A DNA stretch of 64,000 nt from Minisyncoccia bacterium (GTDB lineage Bacteria; Patescibacteriota; Minisyncoccia; Phycocordibacterales; CALRBL01), in NCBI GenBank assembly GCA_038227435.1, contig JBBRPW010000001.1, positions 9,632-73,631 of the forward strand. The letters run 5' to 3'. The notes beneath the pieces were generated by a model. The model saw nothing but the letters and a program-made list of their open reading frames with translations, was not told where the DNA came from and ran no database searches. The position numbers and the translations under genes were made by a program. This document shows positions 54,582 through 64,000 of this stretch, piece by piece (position 1 is the first letter of the stretch; every line of letters starts with the position of its first letter).

Positions 54582-55235
54582 ATGATTATTTTTGGAATTA
54601 TTGTATTGCTGATGTCGGTTGTGATTCATGAAGTTTCTCACGGCCTAGCCGCAAGAGCTTTGGGGGATAAGACTGCAGAATATGAGGGACGTTTAACATT
54701 AAATCCTTTAAAACATCTTGATCCTTTCGGTTCTATTATTCTTCCTCTCATTCTATTTCTAACACATGCAGGCTTTATTATTGGATGGGCAAAGCCAGTT
54801 CCATATAATCCGTATAACTTTGATATTAAATGGCGAAAGTGGGGTGACGCATTTGTGGCAATAGCGGGGCCACTCTCAAATATTTTACTTGCTCTTATTT
54901 TTGGATTGCTATTACGTTTTAGTCCAATGCTCATTGGTTTATTTGGATATGATTTAATTAATACAGAGGCAACAGTTCGAATACTTCAAACAATCATTCC
55001 ACTTTTTCAAACAATTGTAATTACAAACTTAAGTTTAGCTATTTTCAACTTGGTTCCAATTCCGCCACTCGATGGATCAAAAATTGTTTCTGCTCTTATC
55101 CCTTATCAATATAGAAATATCACCTATAAAATAGAGCGATACGCACTCCCACTGGCTGTTGTTGGAATGTTTATAATTTGGCCATTTCTTTCACCGGTGG
55201 TTTTTCGTTTGTATGATTTGATTGTCGGAATTTAA
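54582..55235 (+). CDS. Site-2 protease family (M50) zinc metalloprotease.
   Basis: HEVSHGLAA (HExxH) in the first TM helix and a downstream LDG motif (PPLDGSK). Confidence 0.75.
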   Translation: MIIFGIIVLLMSVVIHEVSHGLAARALGDKTAEYEGRLTLNPLKHLDPFGSIILPLILFLTHAGFIIGWAKPVPYNPYNFDIKWRKWGDAFVAIAGPLSNILLALIFGLLLRFSPMLIGLFGYDLINTEATVRILQTIIPLFQTIVITNLSLAIFNLVPIPPLDGSKIVSALIPYQYRNITYKIERYALPLAVVGMFIIWPFLSPVVFRLYDLIVGI

Positions 55236-55264
55236 TTCTTGTAGATGTTTGAGACTTTATCACT

Positions 55265-56353
55265 ATGAAAAAACACTTCGTTATCTTATCTTTTTTCTTG
55301 GTATGTTTAACAATCTTGCTTTCAGCGATATTAATTATCGTTACAAAAGAAAATCAAAAATCAGCTGAGTCAGAAAACAAGTATACGAATAAAGTGATTG
55401 AATATGAATATATAAATGCACAACCAGTTATTCAGCAGAAAATAGTCAGTTCAAGTTCGCTTCTGTTTGTCGGGGATGTAATGCTCGACAGAGGATCTGC
55501 TATCCATGCGAAAAAATATGGAAAAGATTCACTCGTTAAAAAATTAGACAATTTATTATTTGAAAGTGACGTGGTCGTAGCAAATCTAGAGGGTACTGTG
55601 ACAAATAATCCCTCTGTGTCACTACAAGATAATTCAATTTTACATTTTACGTTCGATCCATCATTTGTTCCGTTTTTAAAATCGAATAATATTTCTGTTG
55701 TTAGTTTGAGTAATAATCATGCACTCGATTTTGGAAATGATGGATATGTTGAAACTAAAAAGTATTTAACAGATTCAGATATTAAATCATTTGGCTCGCC
55801 ATTAAATAACATCAACCTGTCTACTTCAATAGAATTAAAAAATCAAAAAGTTTGTTTCGTTGGTTATCATGAATTATATAATTCAGACGACACTAAAGTA
55901 GTTAATGAAATTAAAACAATTAAAATTGAATGTAATAAAGTAATTGTGACTATGCATGGGGGAGTAGAATATACTCACAAGCCAACTGATTCTCAAATGT
56001 TTCATGCTCATAATTTTATTGATGCCGGAGCTGATGTGGTGATAGGAACTCATCCACATGTTGTACAGCCTGTGGAAATCTACAAAAACAAAGCTATTTT
56101 TTACTCGCTCGGAAATTTTATATTCGATCAAGATTTTTCATTCGATACGACGCATGGGTTAACTGTACAAGTTGTATTTGAGGGAAATAAAACAACATTT
56201 AATTTAGTTCCAATCGATATTATTCGAGCACAAGCAGGTATATCAAATAAAGGGGATGGCGAAAAAACCTTACAAGTACTTATAAATGGAAACCTTCCTC
56301 CAGAAATTGTCTCACAGATCATGTCTGATCAAGCCTTTAGTCTTAGTTTTTAA
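55265..56353 (+). CDS. capA: CapA/PgsA-family metallophosphatase (poly-gamma-glutamate capsule synthesis-like).
   Basis: LLFVGDVMLDRG ... GTHPHVVQP ... SLGNFIFDQ motifs of the PGA_cap family. Confidence 0.8.
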   Translation: MKKHFVILSFFLVCLTILLSAILIIVTKENQKSAESENKYTNKVIEYEYINAQPVIQQKIVSSSSLLFVGDVMLDRGSAIHAKKYGKDSLVKKLDNLLFESDVVVANLEGTVTNNPSVSLQDNSILHFTFDPSFVPFLKSNNISVVSLSNNHALDFGNDGYVETKKYLTDSDIKSFGSPLNNINLSTSIELKNQKVCFVGYHELYNSDDTKVVNEIKTIKIECNKVIVTMHGGVEYTHKPTDSQMFHAHNFIDAGADVVIGTHPHVVQPVEIYKNKAIFYSLGNFIFDQDFSFDTTHGLTVQVVFEGNKTTFNLVPIDIIRAQAGISNKGDGEKTLQVLINGNLPPEIVSQIMSDQAFSLSF

Positions 56354-56447
56354 CCTTTCCTTTTGCAGTATATCTGCTAAGTTAGTGGCAGACATTCAAT
56401 CTCTTTTAAGGGGTTGGATTAAACTTGAAACTTGAAAACTCATACGT

Positions 56448-56903
56448 ATGAATCATGTACATGTAAGAAAAGTATGGTGCGAACTGTTTTACGCACTATT
56501 TGCACTCCTCGCGTCTCTGCTACTCATAAGTTCGTTATTTATGAGAAACAGTCTTAATTTCCATGGCTACTTTACCATTGGATTGATGTGTGCGCTTTTG
56601 AGCGCAACATTCAACTGGTTCAGTCAGTTTCGAAGAAACTACTATGAGCTCGACTATATGTCCCAAGCATACAACACGCTTTTTTACACGACCTTCGGTT
56701 ATGTAATAGGTTCTGTCCACATGGCGTGCCTCGATATAGGTGTTGGTCTGAAAGATGATTGTGGTTATGAAACGGCAATCATTCTTGCAGTTTTTATTTC
56801 GGTGTACTTTTTATTAATGACGAAGTACTGCGAAACTCGGAGGAGTTGCCCCCGTGGCACACCTCTCGATCGTGTATTACTAAGAATGATTAACTCAGAC
56901 TAG
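56448..56903 (+). CDS. Hypothetical membrane protein; ORF has higher G+C.
   Basis: Four hydrophobic segments and a Cys/Arg-rich tail. Composition differs from flanks. Confidence 0.4.
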   Translation: MNHVHVRKVWCELFYALFALLASLLLISSLFMRNSLNFHGYFTIGLMCALLSATFNWFSQFRRNYYELDYMSQAYNTLFYTTFGYVIGSVHMACLDIGVGLKDDCGYETAIILAVFISVYFLLMTKYCETRRSCPRGTPLDRVLLRMINSD

Positions 56904-57122
56904 ACTGCGTCCTCGGTTCAAAAGCTCTTCGAAAGGAGGGCTTTTTCTTTTACTTGAATCTATTCTATATATATGGTATTTTCTCTCTACGTCCTCTGTA
57001 TAGACCCTTATATATAGAGCATCGTATTTAATAGCGATAAGCTCAGTAGCCAAACAAGGTACTACATCTTGTAAGGCGAACAACGAGCCTTATCACCCGT
57101 AACAAATAAATAAATAATATTT

Positions 57123-57542
57123 ATGCCGACAATTAATCAGTTGGTGAAGAGAAGTCGAAAGAAAATTGCACGAAAGCCAAAAGCTGTCGCGCTTCTTCGA
57201 TCTTTCAACTCACTAAAAAATAAGCCAAAGTTTTTCCCATCTCCATTTAAACGAGGTGTATGTGTGAAAGTAACAACTAAAACTCCTAAGAAACCTAACT
57301 CAGCTATTCGAAAGATTGCCCGAGTTCGACTTACAAATGGAATGGAAGTTACTGCGTACATCCCAGGAGAAGGACACAATTTACAAGAACACTCAGTGGT
57401 AATGCTCCGAGGTGGAAAAGTAAAAGACGTAGGACTTCGATACACAATTGTTCGAGGACGATTGGATGCAGCCGGAGTAGAGAAACGAAGAAAAGGTCGA
57501 AGTATGTACGGAAACAAACGTCCAAAAGCAGCGAAGAAATAA
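57123..57542 (+). CDS. rpsL: 30S ribosomal protein S12.
   Basis: MPTINQLVK...PKKPNSA(I)RK signature. Confidence 0.95.
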   Translation: MPTINQLVKRSRKKIARKPKAVALLRSFNSLKNKPKFFPSPFKRGVCVKVTTKTPKKPNSAIRKIARVRLTNGMEVTAYIPGEGHNLQEHSVVMLRGGKVKDVGLRYTIVRGRLDAAGVEKRRKGRSMYGNKRPKAAKK

Positions 57543-57577
57543 AAGTTTCGCTTACTTAAATAACTAATTAAAATATC

Positions 57578-58048
57578 ATGAGACGAAAAGTAAAAAAGCC
57601 AGCACAGCCAACAGCTGAAGCAAAATATAATTCAGAAAAAGTAGCGAAGTTTATTAACTACGTGATGCTTTGTGGAAAAAAAGAAGTTGCTCGAAAAATT
57701 GTATACCAAGCTTTCGATGTAATTAAGGAAAAAGAAAAAGTAGAAGATCCTATTGTTGTTTTCAACAATGCGCTTCAAAATACAGCCCCTATGATGGAAG
57801 TACGATCACGACGAGTGGGAGGTGCTAACTATCAGGTTCCTAGAGAAGTACGAGAAACACGACGAAACTTTCTTTCAATGAAATGGATTATCGACGCCGC
57901 TCGTTCTAAAAAAGGAATGGCAATGCACAAGAAGCTTGCCGATGAAATTATTGCAGCTTCAAAAAATGAAGGTGCAGCAGTTACAAAGCGAGAAAATACA
58001 CACAAAATGGCAGAAGCCAACAAGGCCTTTGCTCACTTTGCTTGGTAG
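57578..58048 (+). CDS. rpsG: 30S ribosomal protein S7.
   Basis: MRRKVKK...VMLCGKKEVARKIVY...ANYQVP matches S7. Confidence 0.95.
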   Translation: MRRKVKKPAQPTAEAKYNSEKVAKFINYVMLCGKKEVARKIVYQAFDVIKEKEKVEDPIVVFNNALQNTAPMMEVRSRRVGGANYQVPREVRETRRNFLSMKWIIDAARSKKGMAMHKKLADEIIAASKNEGAAVTKRENTHKMAEANKAFAHFAW

Positions 58049-58128
58049 TAACAAAAGACTTATTCATTTGTTATTAAAAAAACACCCTCATGGGTGTTTT
58101 TTTAAACCGTATAGGTTTTTATAAATTA

Positions 58129-58767
58129 TTAATTTTTAGTTACCGTAAGAACTCCGTTTTCAGTTGTCACTATAAAGCTCTGTAAGTTCTGTGTATTTTG
58201 TCCGTCAGTTGCCCGAACTATTTGGATCGTAATTCGTGCGTCGTTTTTATTATCTCCAACAAATTGAGCAATTCGATATGAATTGATCCATGCTAAATAT
58301 TCTTTTCCAGCATCTGTTTTAAATAGTACTGATGAACCAGATCCAATTCTTTCAAATTTAACTGATTTTGTTTCTCCATCGATTGAAAGAGGAAAAGCTA
58401 CTTTAAATAAATCGTTATAGCTAACTCCAGCTTCTCCACTCATTACAGGTGTATTGTCATGCATCATTGATGGATTATTTTCTCCAAACACATTTCCGTG
58501 TTTCATCATTGTTGTGCTCCCGGTTTCTGAACTTGAACTCACCATATTTTCGCCATTACTTGAAGAATTCGGGAATCCAGCTTGTTTTGGCTTAGCGAGA
58601 ACGTACACTACCCCTAAGATAATAAGAAGGCCTACTACAATGCTAATAATCAGTGTTGTCTGTTTTTCGTTGGTCATAGGGTAATAATACTTTTTTTGAG
58701 GGGTGGGAGTCAACAACGGTATATTTCTTAAAATTTTGCTAAAATAAAGTATGAAATTTTCGCCCAA
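58129..58767 (-). CDS. Hypothetical secreted protein (TM anchor; a likely internal start at MTNEKQ... would shorten it).
   Basis: ORF with an alternative TTG start. TM helix LIISIVVGLLIILGVVYVLA. Confidence 0.45.
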   Translation of the reverse strand: MGENFILYFSKILRNIPLLTPTPQKKYYYPMTNEKQTTLIISIVVGLLIILGVVYVLAKPKQAGFPNSSSNGENMVSSSSETGSTTMMKHGNVFGENNPSMMHDNTPVMSGEAGVSYNDLFKVAFPLSIDGETKSVKFERIGSGSSVLFKTDAGKEYLAWINSYRIAQFVGDNKNDARITIQIVRATDGQNTQNLQSFIVTTENGVLTVTKN

Positions 58768-60028
58768 AGCATATCCTCCAAGTTTTTTTGATTTAACTCA
58801 AGATATCAGTAAAGATTTACCAGTTGATATTATTAAAGCGTGGACAAATAGTGATCAGTCAGGCGACATTGCAAAAAGTATTTTAGAAAAAACAAAAGTA
58901 CGCGGCACTTTAATTTCTTCAGACTCATCTGGTCTTACAAAAATGTCGCAGCATATGGGATTGATTGAGTTACTTGCAAAAATTAATCAACCAAAAGAAT
59001 TAGTGTATTCATTTGGAACTCATATTGGTGGGGAAGGTGTTGGAATTTGGGCAGCAGACAATACTGAAATGTTTTATCCCGAATCTGTTTCAACTGAATC
59101 GATTATTAACATGCTAAATAGCATTAAGAAAGAGTTATTACATACATGCGATGTAAAAATAAGTTTAGCTGCTCACTTCGGTGAATTCTACTCATTAGGA
59201 GGGGGAATGTATGGAAATGAGGCAGATTGGATTGAAAATATAGCCGAAGATCAAACAGAAGGAGGTGAAATCGTAATTTCCGAACATTTGCTCGAGAAGT
59301 TCAAAAGTTCTGATAATAACGTAAATGGCGCGTCTCTGTCATTAATAGAAAGAGAAGACTTACAATCTAAATACGGAAAAATATTTCGATTAGAAGATGG
59401 ACAAATGCTAGCTGATATTCCAAAAAATGATCCGTATTATCCAATTCCATACTCGAAAGATTTCTATGAAGATTTAATTAAGTTCAATACAAATACCGAT
59501 GAAGTACTTCTAAAGAATATGTATGAGAAGTATGTTGAAAAGTTAACTGTCGTGTTAATTGAACGTGAACGTGAAGAGGAGATTGAAACTGAGGATAAAT
59601 ATATTCATGAGGTTCGATTACTTAATGATTTAGCACTTTCAGTGGTAATGAAAAAAGCAGCTGATGCAGTTCTTTCTAAATATAATGGAACTGAAATTAA
59701 AACTGCAGGACCACTAGGAATTTATGTATTTAAAGAAAGTCAAAAAGCACTCGATTTTGCCAAAGAGCTTAAAAACAACTTGTTGAAAGATGGAGTAAGT
59801 TCAAAAACAGGTATTGATTATGGTGAGCTTTTGGTATTTACAACGCCAGACGGGCATAAAGACATTGCAGGCATGCCTGTGAATCAAGCTTCAAAGATGG
59901 CCCAGGACAAGGGTGAGTTCGGACACATATATATGAGTGCCGAGGTGGCGAAGCAAGTGAATACCGAAGGTTTCTCTAAAACTACGATTGAAGTCTCACG
60001 AGTAACAATTGATCAGTTTGTAATGTAA
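58751..60028 (+). CDS. Protein with two divergent class-III nucleotidyl-cyclase-homology (CHD-like) domains; predicted degenerate / non-canonical active site.
   Basis: Segment 1: RGTLISSDSSGLTKMS...FGTHIGGEGVGIWAA...VKISLAAHFGEFYSLGG...YGNEADW. Segment 2: LGIYVFKESQKALDFAKEL...TGIDYGELLVF...IAGMPVNQASKMAQ. Both follow the beta1-alpha-beta2/3...G.xVNxASR order of CHDs. Confidence 0.45.
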   Translation: MKFSPKAYPPSFFDLTQDISKDLPVDIIKAWTNSDQSGDIAKSILEKTKVRGTLISSDSSGLTKMSQHMGLIELLAKINQPKELVYSFGTHIGGEGVGIWAADNTEMFYPESVSTESIINMLNSIKKELLHTCDVKISLAAHFGEFYSLGGGMYGNEADWIENIAEDQTEGGEIVISEHLLEKFKSSDNNVNGASLSLIEREDLQSKYGKIFRLEDGQMLADIPKNDPYYPIPYSKDFYEDLIKFNTNTDEVLLKNMYEKYVEKLTVVLIEREREEEIETEDKYIHEVRLLNDLALSVVMKKAADAVLSKYNGTEIKTAGPLGIYVFKESQKALDFAKELKNNLLKDGVSSKTGIDYGELLVFTTPDGHKDIAGMPVNQASKMAQDKGEFGHIYMSAEVAKQVNTEGFSKTTIEVSRVTIDQFVM

Positions 60029-60172
60029 TATTCGACTTATTTTTGTTGCTAAAGCGGTATTTTAATGTTACTTTACCTCTACAAACACGAGCAGCTTTTT
60101 AGTTTGTTTCGCCTGTTGTATTTAACAAAATCAGTTTCAAACCACACAATTAATTAACAATTATAATATTTT

Positions 60173-62320
60173 ATGAATCGAGATTATCCATTAGACAAAG
60201 TACGTAACATCGGAATTATTGCGCACATCGACGCCGGAAAGACTACAACTTCTGAGCGAATTTTGTATTACACAGGAATGTCACACAAAATCGGTGAAGT
60301 TCACGATGGAGAAGCAACAACAGATTGGATGGAACAAGAAAAAGAGCGAGGTATTACAATTACCGCAGCTGCTATTACATGTTTCTGGAATCCTACGTAC
60401 CATGCGGCAGTTGGAGACAAAACTCACATGCATCGATTCAATATTATCGACACTCCTGGTCACGTAGATTTTACAGTGGAAGTAGAGCGATCTCTTAAAG
60501 TTCTCGATGGAGGAGTGGTGGTATTCGACGGAGTGGCAGGTGTGGAGCCACAATCTGAAACTGTATGGCGACAAGCTGATAAATATCACGTACCCCGAGT
60601 ATGTTTTATTAATAAACTCGATCGAACCGGAGGATCATTTGAACGATCATTCCAATCTATTGTTGACCGACTCAATAAAAGTGCAGTTCGAATGCAGCTT
60701 CCCGTAGGAGAAGAATCAAACTTTGAGGAGATCATCGATCTTCTTAAAATGAAGTGCTATGCCTTCGAAGGAGAAATGGGAGATAAAATTATCGAAAAAG
60801 ATATTCCTGAATCTCACATGGCTGATGCTGTTAAATTTCGAGCTTTACTTGTAGAAAAAATTGTTGAACACGATGACGATGCTATGACAGAATTTCTAGA
60901 TGGGAAAGAAATTTCAATTGAACGATTAAAGGCAATTCTTCGAAAGGCAACAATTGCAAATAAAATCTTTCCAGTGTTTACTGGTTCTGCCCTTAAAAAC
61001 AGAGGAGTACAGCTTGTACTTGATGCGGTGGTTGAATACCTTCCATCACCACTTGATATTCCACCAGTAAAAGGAATTGATCCAAATACAGGAGATGAAA
61101 TTACTCGAGCACCTTCTGACGAAGCTCCTTTTGCTGCTCTTGCTTTTAAACTTCAAACCGACCCATTCGTAGGACAATTAACCTTCTTCCGAGTGTATTC
61201 AGGAACAATTGAAGCTGGTTCATATATTTACAACTCAACAACAGGAAATAAAGAACGATTAGGGCGAATTGTACGACTTCAAGCTAATAAAAGAGAAGAA
61301 GTTAAAAAAGTGTTTGCCGGAGAAATTGCTGCGGCCGTAGGATTGAAAGAAGCAAAAACATCTCATACATTTTGTGACGAAAATTCTCCAATTATTTTAG
61401 ATCCTATTAAATTTGCTGAGCCGGTGGTATCGCTTCGAATTGAACCTGCAACAAAAGCCGATCAAGAAAAAATGGGTATGGCTCTTAAAAAACTTTCTGA
61501 TGAAGATCCAACTTTCCGAATTAGTTCAAACCAAGAAACAGGGGAGACAATTATTTCAGGAATGGGAGAGCTTCATCTTGAAATTATGATCGATCGGATG
61601 AAACGAGAATTTGCAGTTACTGCAAATGTTGGTAAGCCACAAGTAGCCTACCGAGAAACTATTTTAGGAACTGCTGAGGCTGAAGAAAAATATGTTAAGC
61701 AATCAGGAGGAAAAGGACAGTACGGTCACGTTAAACTGACAATCAAACCTTTAGAACCATTAGTTGAAGGAGCAAAAATTCCTAAAAACGTTAAGCGATA
61801 CGAAGATTTCGAATTCATCGACAGTATTAAAGGAGGAGTTATTCCACAAGAATTTATTCCTGCTGTTGAAAAAGGAGTTCGAGAAGCAATGGAACGAGGA
61901 ATTTCAGCTGGATTTAAAATGGTGAACATTTCATGTGATCTTACCTACGGTTCATATCACGATGTGGACTCATCTGAAATCGCCTACAAAATTGCTGCAT
62001 CAAAAGCATTTCAAGATGCCGCAAGACAAGCGAAACCAGTTATCCTTGAACCTATCATGAAGCTAGAAGTAGTTGTTCCTGAAAAATTTATGGGAGACAT
62101 TACAGGAAATTTGAACTCAAAACGAGCTCAAATTGAAGGAATGGAGGAACGAGGAATGCTTAAAGTAATTCGAGCAATGGTTCCTCTATCTGAAATGTTT
62201 GGATACACAACAACACTTCGATCGATGACAGAAGGACGAGGATCATCAACTATGGAGTTTGATCACTACGATGTAGTGCCTTCACACGTTGCAACAACAA
62301 TTGCAGAATCAAGAAAATAA
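60173..62320 (+). CDS. fusA: Elongation factor G.
   Basis: GIIAHIDAGKTTTSERILYYTG G-domain and full-length EF-G architecture. Confidence 0.95.
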   Translation: MNRDYPLDKVRNIGIIAHIDAGKTTTSERILYYTGMSHKIGEVHDGEATTDWMEQEKERGITITAAAITCFWNPTYHAAVGDKTHMHRFNIIDTPGHVDFTVEVERSLKVLDGGVVVFDGVAGVEPQSETVWRQADKYHVPRVCFINKLDRTGGSFERSFQSIVDRLNKSAVRMQLPVGEESNFEEIIDLLKMKCYAFEGEMGDKIIEKDIPESHMADAVKFRALLVEKIVEHDDDAMTEFLDGKEISIERLKAILRKATIANKIFPVFTGSALKNRGVQLVLDAVVEYLPSPLDIPPVKGIDPNTGDEITRAPSDEAPFAALAFKLQTDPFVGQLTFFRVYSGTIEAGSYIYNSTTGNKERLGRIVRLQANKREEVKKVFAGEIAAAVGLKEAKTSHTFCDENSPIILDPIKFAEPVVSLRIEPATKADQEKMGMALKKLSDEDPTFRISSNQETGETIISGMGELHLEIMIDRMKREFAVTANVGKPQVAYRETILGTAEAEEKYVKQSGGKGQYGHVKLTIKPLEPLVEGAKIPKNVKRYEDFEFIDSIKGGVIPQEFIPAVEKGVREAMERGISAGFKMVNISCDLTYGSYHDVDSSEIAYKIAASKAFQDAARQAKPVILEPIMKLEVVVPEKFMGDITGNLNSKRAQIEGMEERGMLKVIRAMVPLSEMFGYTTTLRSMTEGRGSSTMEFDHYDVVPSHVATTIAESRK

Positions 62321-62355
62321 TTAAACAAAGTTTTCTTCACTTAGTTATATAAAAT

Positions 62356-62380
62356 AGCCCCACCTGGGGCTGTTTTATTT
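62356..62380 (+). terminator. Terminator AGCCCCacctGGGGCT + GTTTTATTTT after fusA.
   Basis: 6-bp GC stem and a T-rich tail. Confidence 0.55.
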
Positions 62381-62393
62381 TCTCTCAAGTGTA

Positions 62394-62951
62394 TTGCTTG
62401 AATTTTCAGTAATTAATGATAGTTTAGAGCAGGTCAAGAACTACCCAAGTTCTTTGAGAAAAGTCAGTTTCACCCCAACCCTAGTCATTATGAAGACATC
62501 CGTTACGTCGGTTACGCCAGTGAACCTTCATCGTTCTAATATTCAAGAACGTACTATCCGGTACTTCTTGGATTCGATCTATGAAAACAATCTTCGCCTT
62601 GGTGTGGAGTCATCGCCATTCATGCTCGGTGTGCAACATATCGGAACTGCTGTGGTTGTATCTGTGCCAAACACTGAATCCGTTCGAGTGGAATTTTCTC
62701 GAACCTCCACTCCATATCCAAAGACAGGAAGTGTCCAGTATGAGGTGGAAACTCTATACACCCCAAGCGTCTTTACGGACGAAAAGTTTGTCCATTCTTT
62801 GGCACAGGATGGATATCTGTTGGAGTTTGTTGCAGCAGTTGAGATTCATCTTCTGTGGGAAGTTCATTGCGGACGCCTGCTTTCTGAAGAAGCAGAAGGT
62901 CGTGGAAGGGAAATCATGGGTGGATGGCCCTCCACCGATTGGTGTAATTGA
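62394..62951 (+). CDS. Uncertain ORF in a patch of higher G+C (two overlapping + frames and one - frame are open); possibly acquired gene, pseudogene or non-coding.
   Basis: Composition differs from flanks. No family recognised. Competing ORFs 62581..62970 (+) and 62579..62761 (-). Confidence 0.2.
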   Translation: MLEFSVINDSLEQVKNYPSSLRKVSFTPTLVIMKTSVTSVTPVNLHRSNIQERTIRYFLDSIYENNLRLGVESSPFMLGVQHIGTAVVVSVPNTESVRVEFSRTSTPYPKTGSVQYEVETLYTPSVFTDEKFVHSLAQDGYLLEFVAAVEIHLLWEVHCGRLLSEEAEGRGREIMGGWPSTDWCN

Positions 62952-63052
62952 GTCGATCCGCTCTTGTTAGGGTGTAGTTCCTAACCCCAAATGCCGTTTA
63001 AGAATGCGAAAGCAAACTTGAACGGTGTTTTTTTATTTCTAATATTTTTGTT

Positions 63053-63454
63053 GTGTTACAATATTTTAATATGTTAGAGGTTGTTTCTGATTATTTTAGT
63101 TGGCATTATTCTCAATCGTTTAAAGATTTGAGTGCTCTTATTTCTCGTTTCGGTTCATTTATTTTAAAATTTTTTTCAATAAAAATTTTAATCAAAACTT
63201 TTTTTACTCCTTGGAAATTAATTATCGATCACTCTCATAATCGAAAGTTATACGAAATAACTTCAGCTTTTGTTATTACCAATATAATGAGGTTAATTGG
63301 AGTAATTATTCGAACATTTGTAATTATTATGGGTTTAATTAGCTATTTAATATTTAATCTCATTTCAATTTTTATATATATTATCTGGTTTCTAATCCCT
63401 CTTATTTTACTAGGAATTGTATTTCTTTTATTTCAAAAGCTCGTAAATATATGA
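63053..63454 (+). CDS. Hypothetical polytopic small membrane protein.
   Basis: 133-aa ORF with three hydrophobic helices. Confidence 0.45.
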   Translation: MLQYFNMLEVVSDYFSWHYSQSFKDLSALISRFGSFILKFFSIKILIKTFFTPWKLIIDHSHNRKLYEITSAFVITNIMRLIGVIIRTFVIIMGLISYLIFNLISIFIYIIWFLIPLILLGIVFLLFQKLVNI

Positions 63455-64000
63455 TTAACCGAGATATTTTAAAAAAATATGGTGCTTTGCTTAAGCTTGA
63501 AAAGCATTTTCCACATCGAAACAGGCGTAAAATTAAGCGCTTTCTGTCATATGTTTTAGCACTTTCTGCTCTAAGTCTTATTTTACCCAGCCTTAAGTTA
63601 ATTGGTGTAATTATAACCGCAGCTCTCTTAATTAGTTGGATCAAACTTGCATTATTAGAGCTCTATTTCTATTCAAAATATGATTTATTAAAAAATGAAG
63701 GTCTCTCCTTCTCACTACTGTCTCTCGAATATGACATTCAAACTTCAACCAAAAGTAAGCTAAACGCACTAATTAATAACGAAATTGGAATCGTTCTCCT
63801 TGCAAGGTTGGGTGTCCTTATCGATTTAAAAATATTAGATAAAGAAACTCTAAATCAAACAGTGACTAACTCAACTAAATATGAAGATGAGGATAAAAAT
63901 GTTGCAAACTTCATCTTTAATATTTCTTTAGGAAATGATGCGACAAAAGAGATCTTTAGAAAACATGCGGTGAGTGAAAAACAAATTAAACGCTCATTTA
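63451..64000 (+). CDS. Partial CDS (5' part), hypothetical membrane-associated protein, overlapping the previous stop (ATGA).
   Basis: Open frame from ATG 63451 to the window end by manual translation (MINRDILKKYGALLKLEKHF...). Absent from the ORF track because no stop is present in the window. Confidence 0.4.
   Translation, partial: MINRDILKKYGALLKLEKHFPHRNRRKIKRFLSYVLALSALSLILPSLKLIGVIITAALLISWIKLALLELYFYSKYDLLKNEGLSFSLLSLEYDIQTSTKSKLNALINNEIGIVLLARLGVLIDLKILDKETLNQTVTNSTKYEDEDKNVANFIFNISLGNDATKEIFRKHAVSEKQIKRSF

Noticed and set aside
1-64000. CRISPR arrays, rRNA genes, transposases/IS elements, alternative genetic code (UGA recoding)
   Set aside because: No short regularly spaced direct repeats, no rRNA-like segments, and no transposase or integrase apart from the housekeeping-type Xer recombinase were seen. 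TGA and TAA both terminate well-supported genes, so standard code 11 is assumed.

Overview
This 64-kb window has low G+C and reads like a reduced-genome bacterium, probably Patescibacteria/CPR-like. That assignment is inferred from gene content, and several genes appear to lack a Shine-Dalgarno (SD) sequence. Most of the window is housekeeping. It carries rsmA, a UvrD/PcrA helicase, a LysM-M23 peptidase, ComM/YifB, rpsO, a Xer-type recombinase, xth, and cca next to four tRNAs (Arg-TCG, Gly-GCC, Pro-TGG, Gly-TCC). It also carries an M16 peptidase, hup, rny, clpP, tig, rsmE, ppa, nusA, tpiA, pgk, recJ, rnhA, comEC, sod, rpmB, an M50 protease, capA, and rpsL-rpsG...fusA. There is a surface/type IV pilus locus: large Gly-rich secreted proteins, one with a C-terminal S74-type intramolecular chaperone domain, followed by pilB, pilC and pilin-like genes. 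The stand-out region is a roughly 4.8-kb stretch at about 41.74-46.54 kb that is visibly richer in G+C than its surroundings and lies between a TrmB-like regulator gene and a HIT-family gene. It carries no recognisable protein families. Instead it holds four hammerhead-ribozyme motifs: two are identical canonical copies and two are variants. It also holds three families of near-identical 50-110-nt repeats (here called R1, R2, R3), heavily structured non-coding spacers with GNRA tetraloops and long-range inverted repeats, and six small unrelated ORFs. One of those ORFs has a strong SD sequence. The arrangement is repeated modules of small ORF, then 3' repeat, then hammerhead. That looks like a horizontally acquired, ribozyme-processed polycistronic element of unknown function. 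Other points are an in-frame TAA in the M16 peptidase gene, a tandem cyclase-homology protein inserted in the str operon between rpsG and fusA, several scattered ORFs of higher G+C with no recognisable homology, and some unusual domain fusions (TIM with a Lys-rich N-terminal tail; RNase HI with a C-terminal hybrid-binding-like domain).
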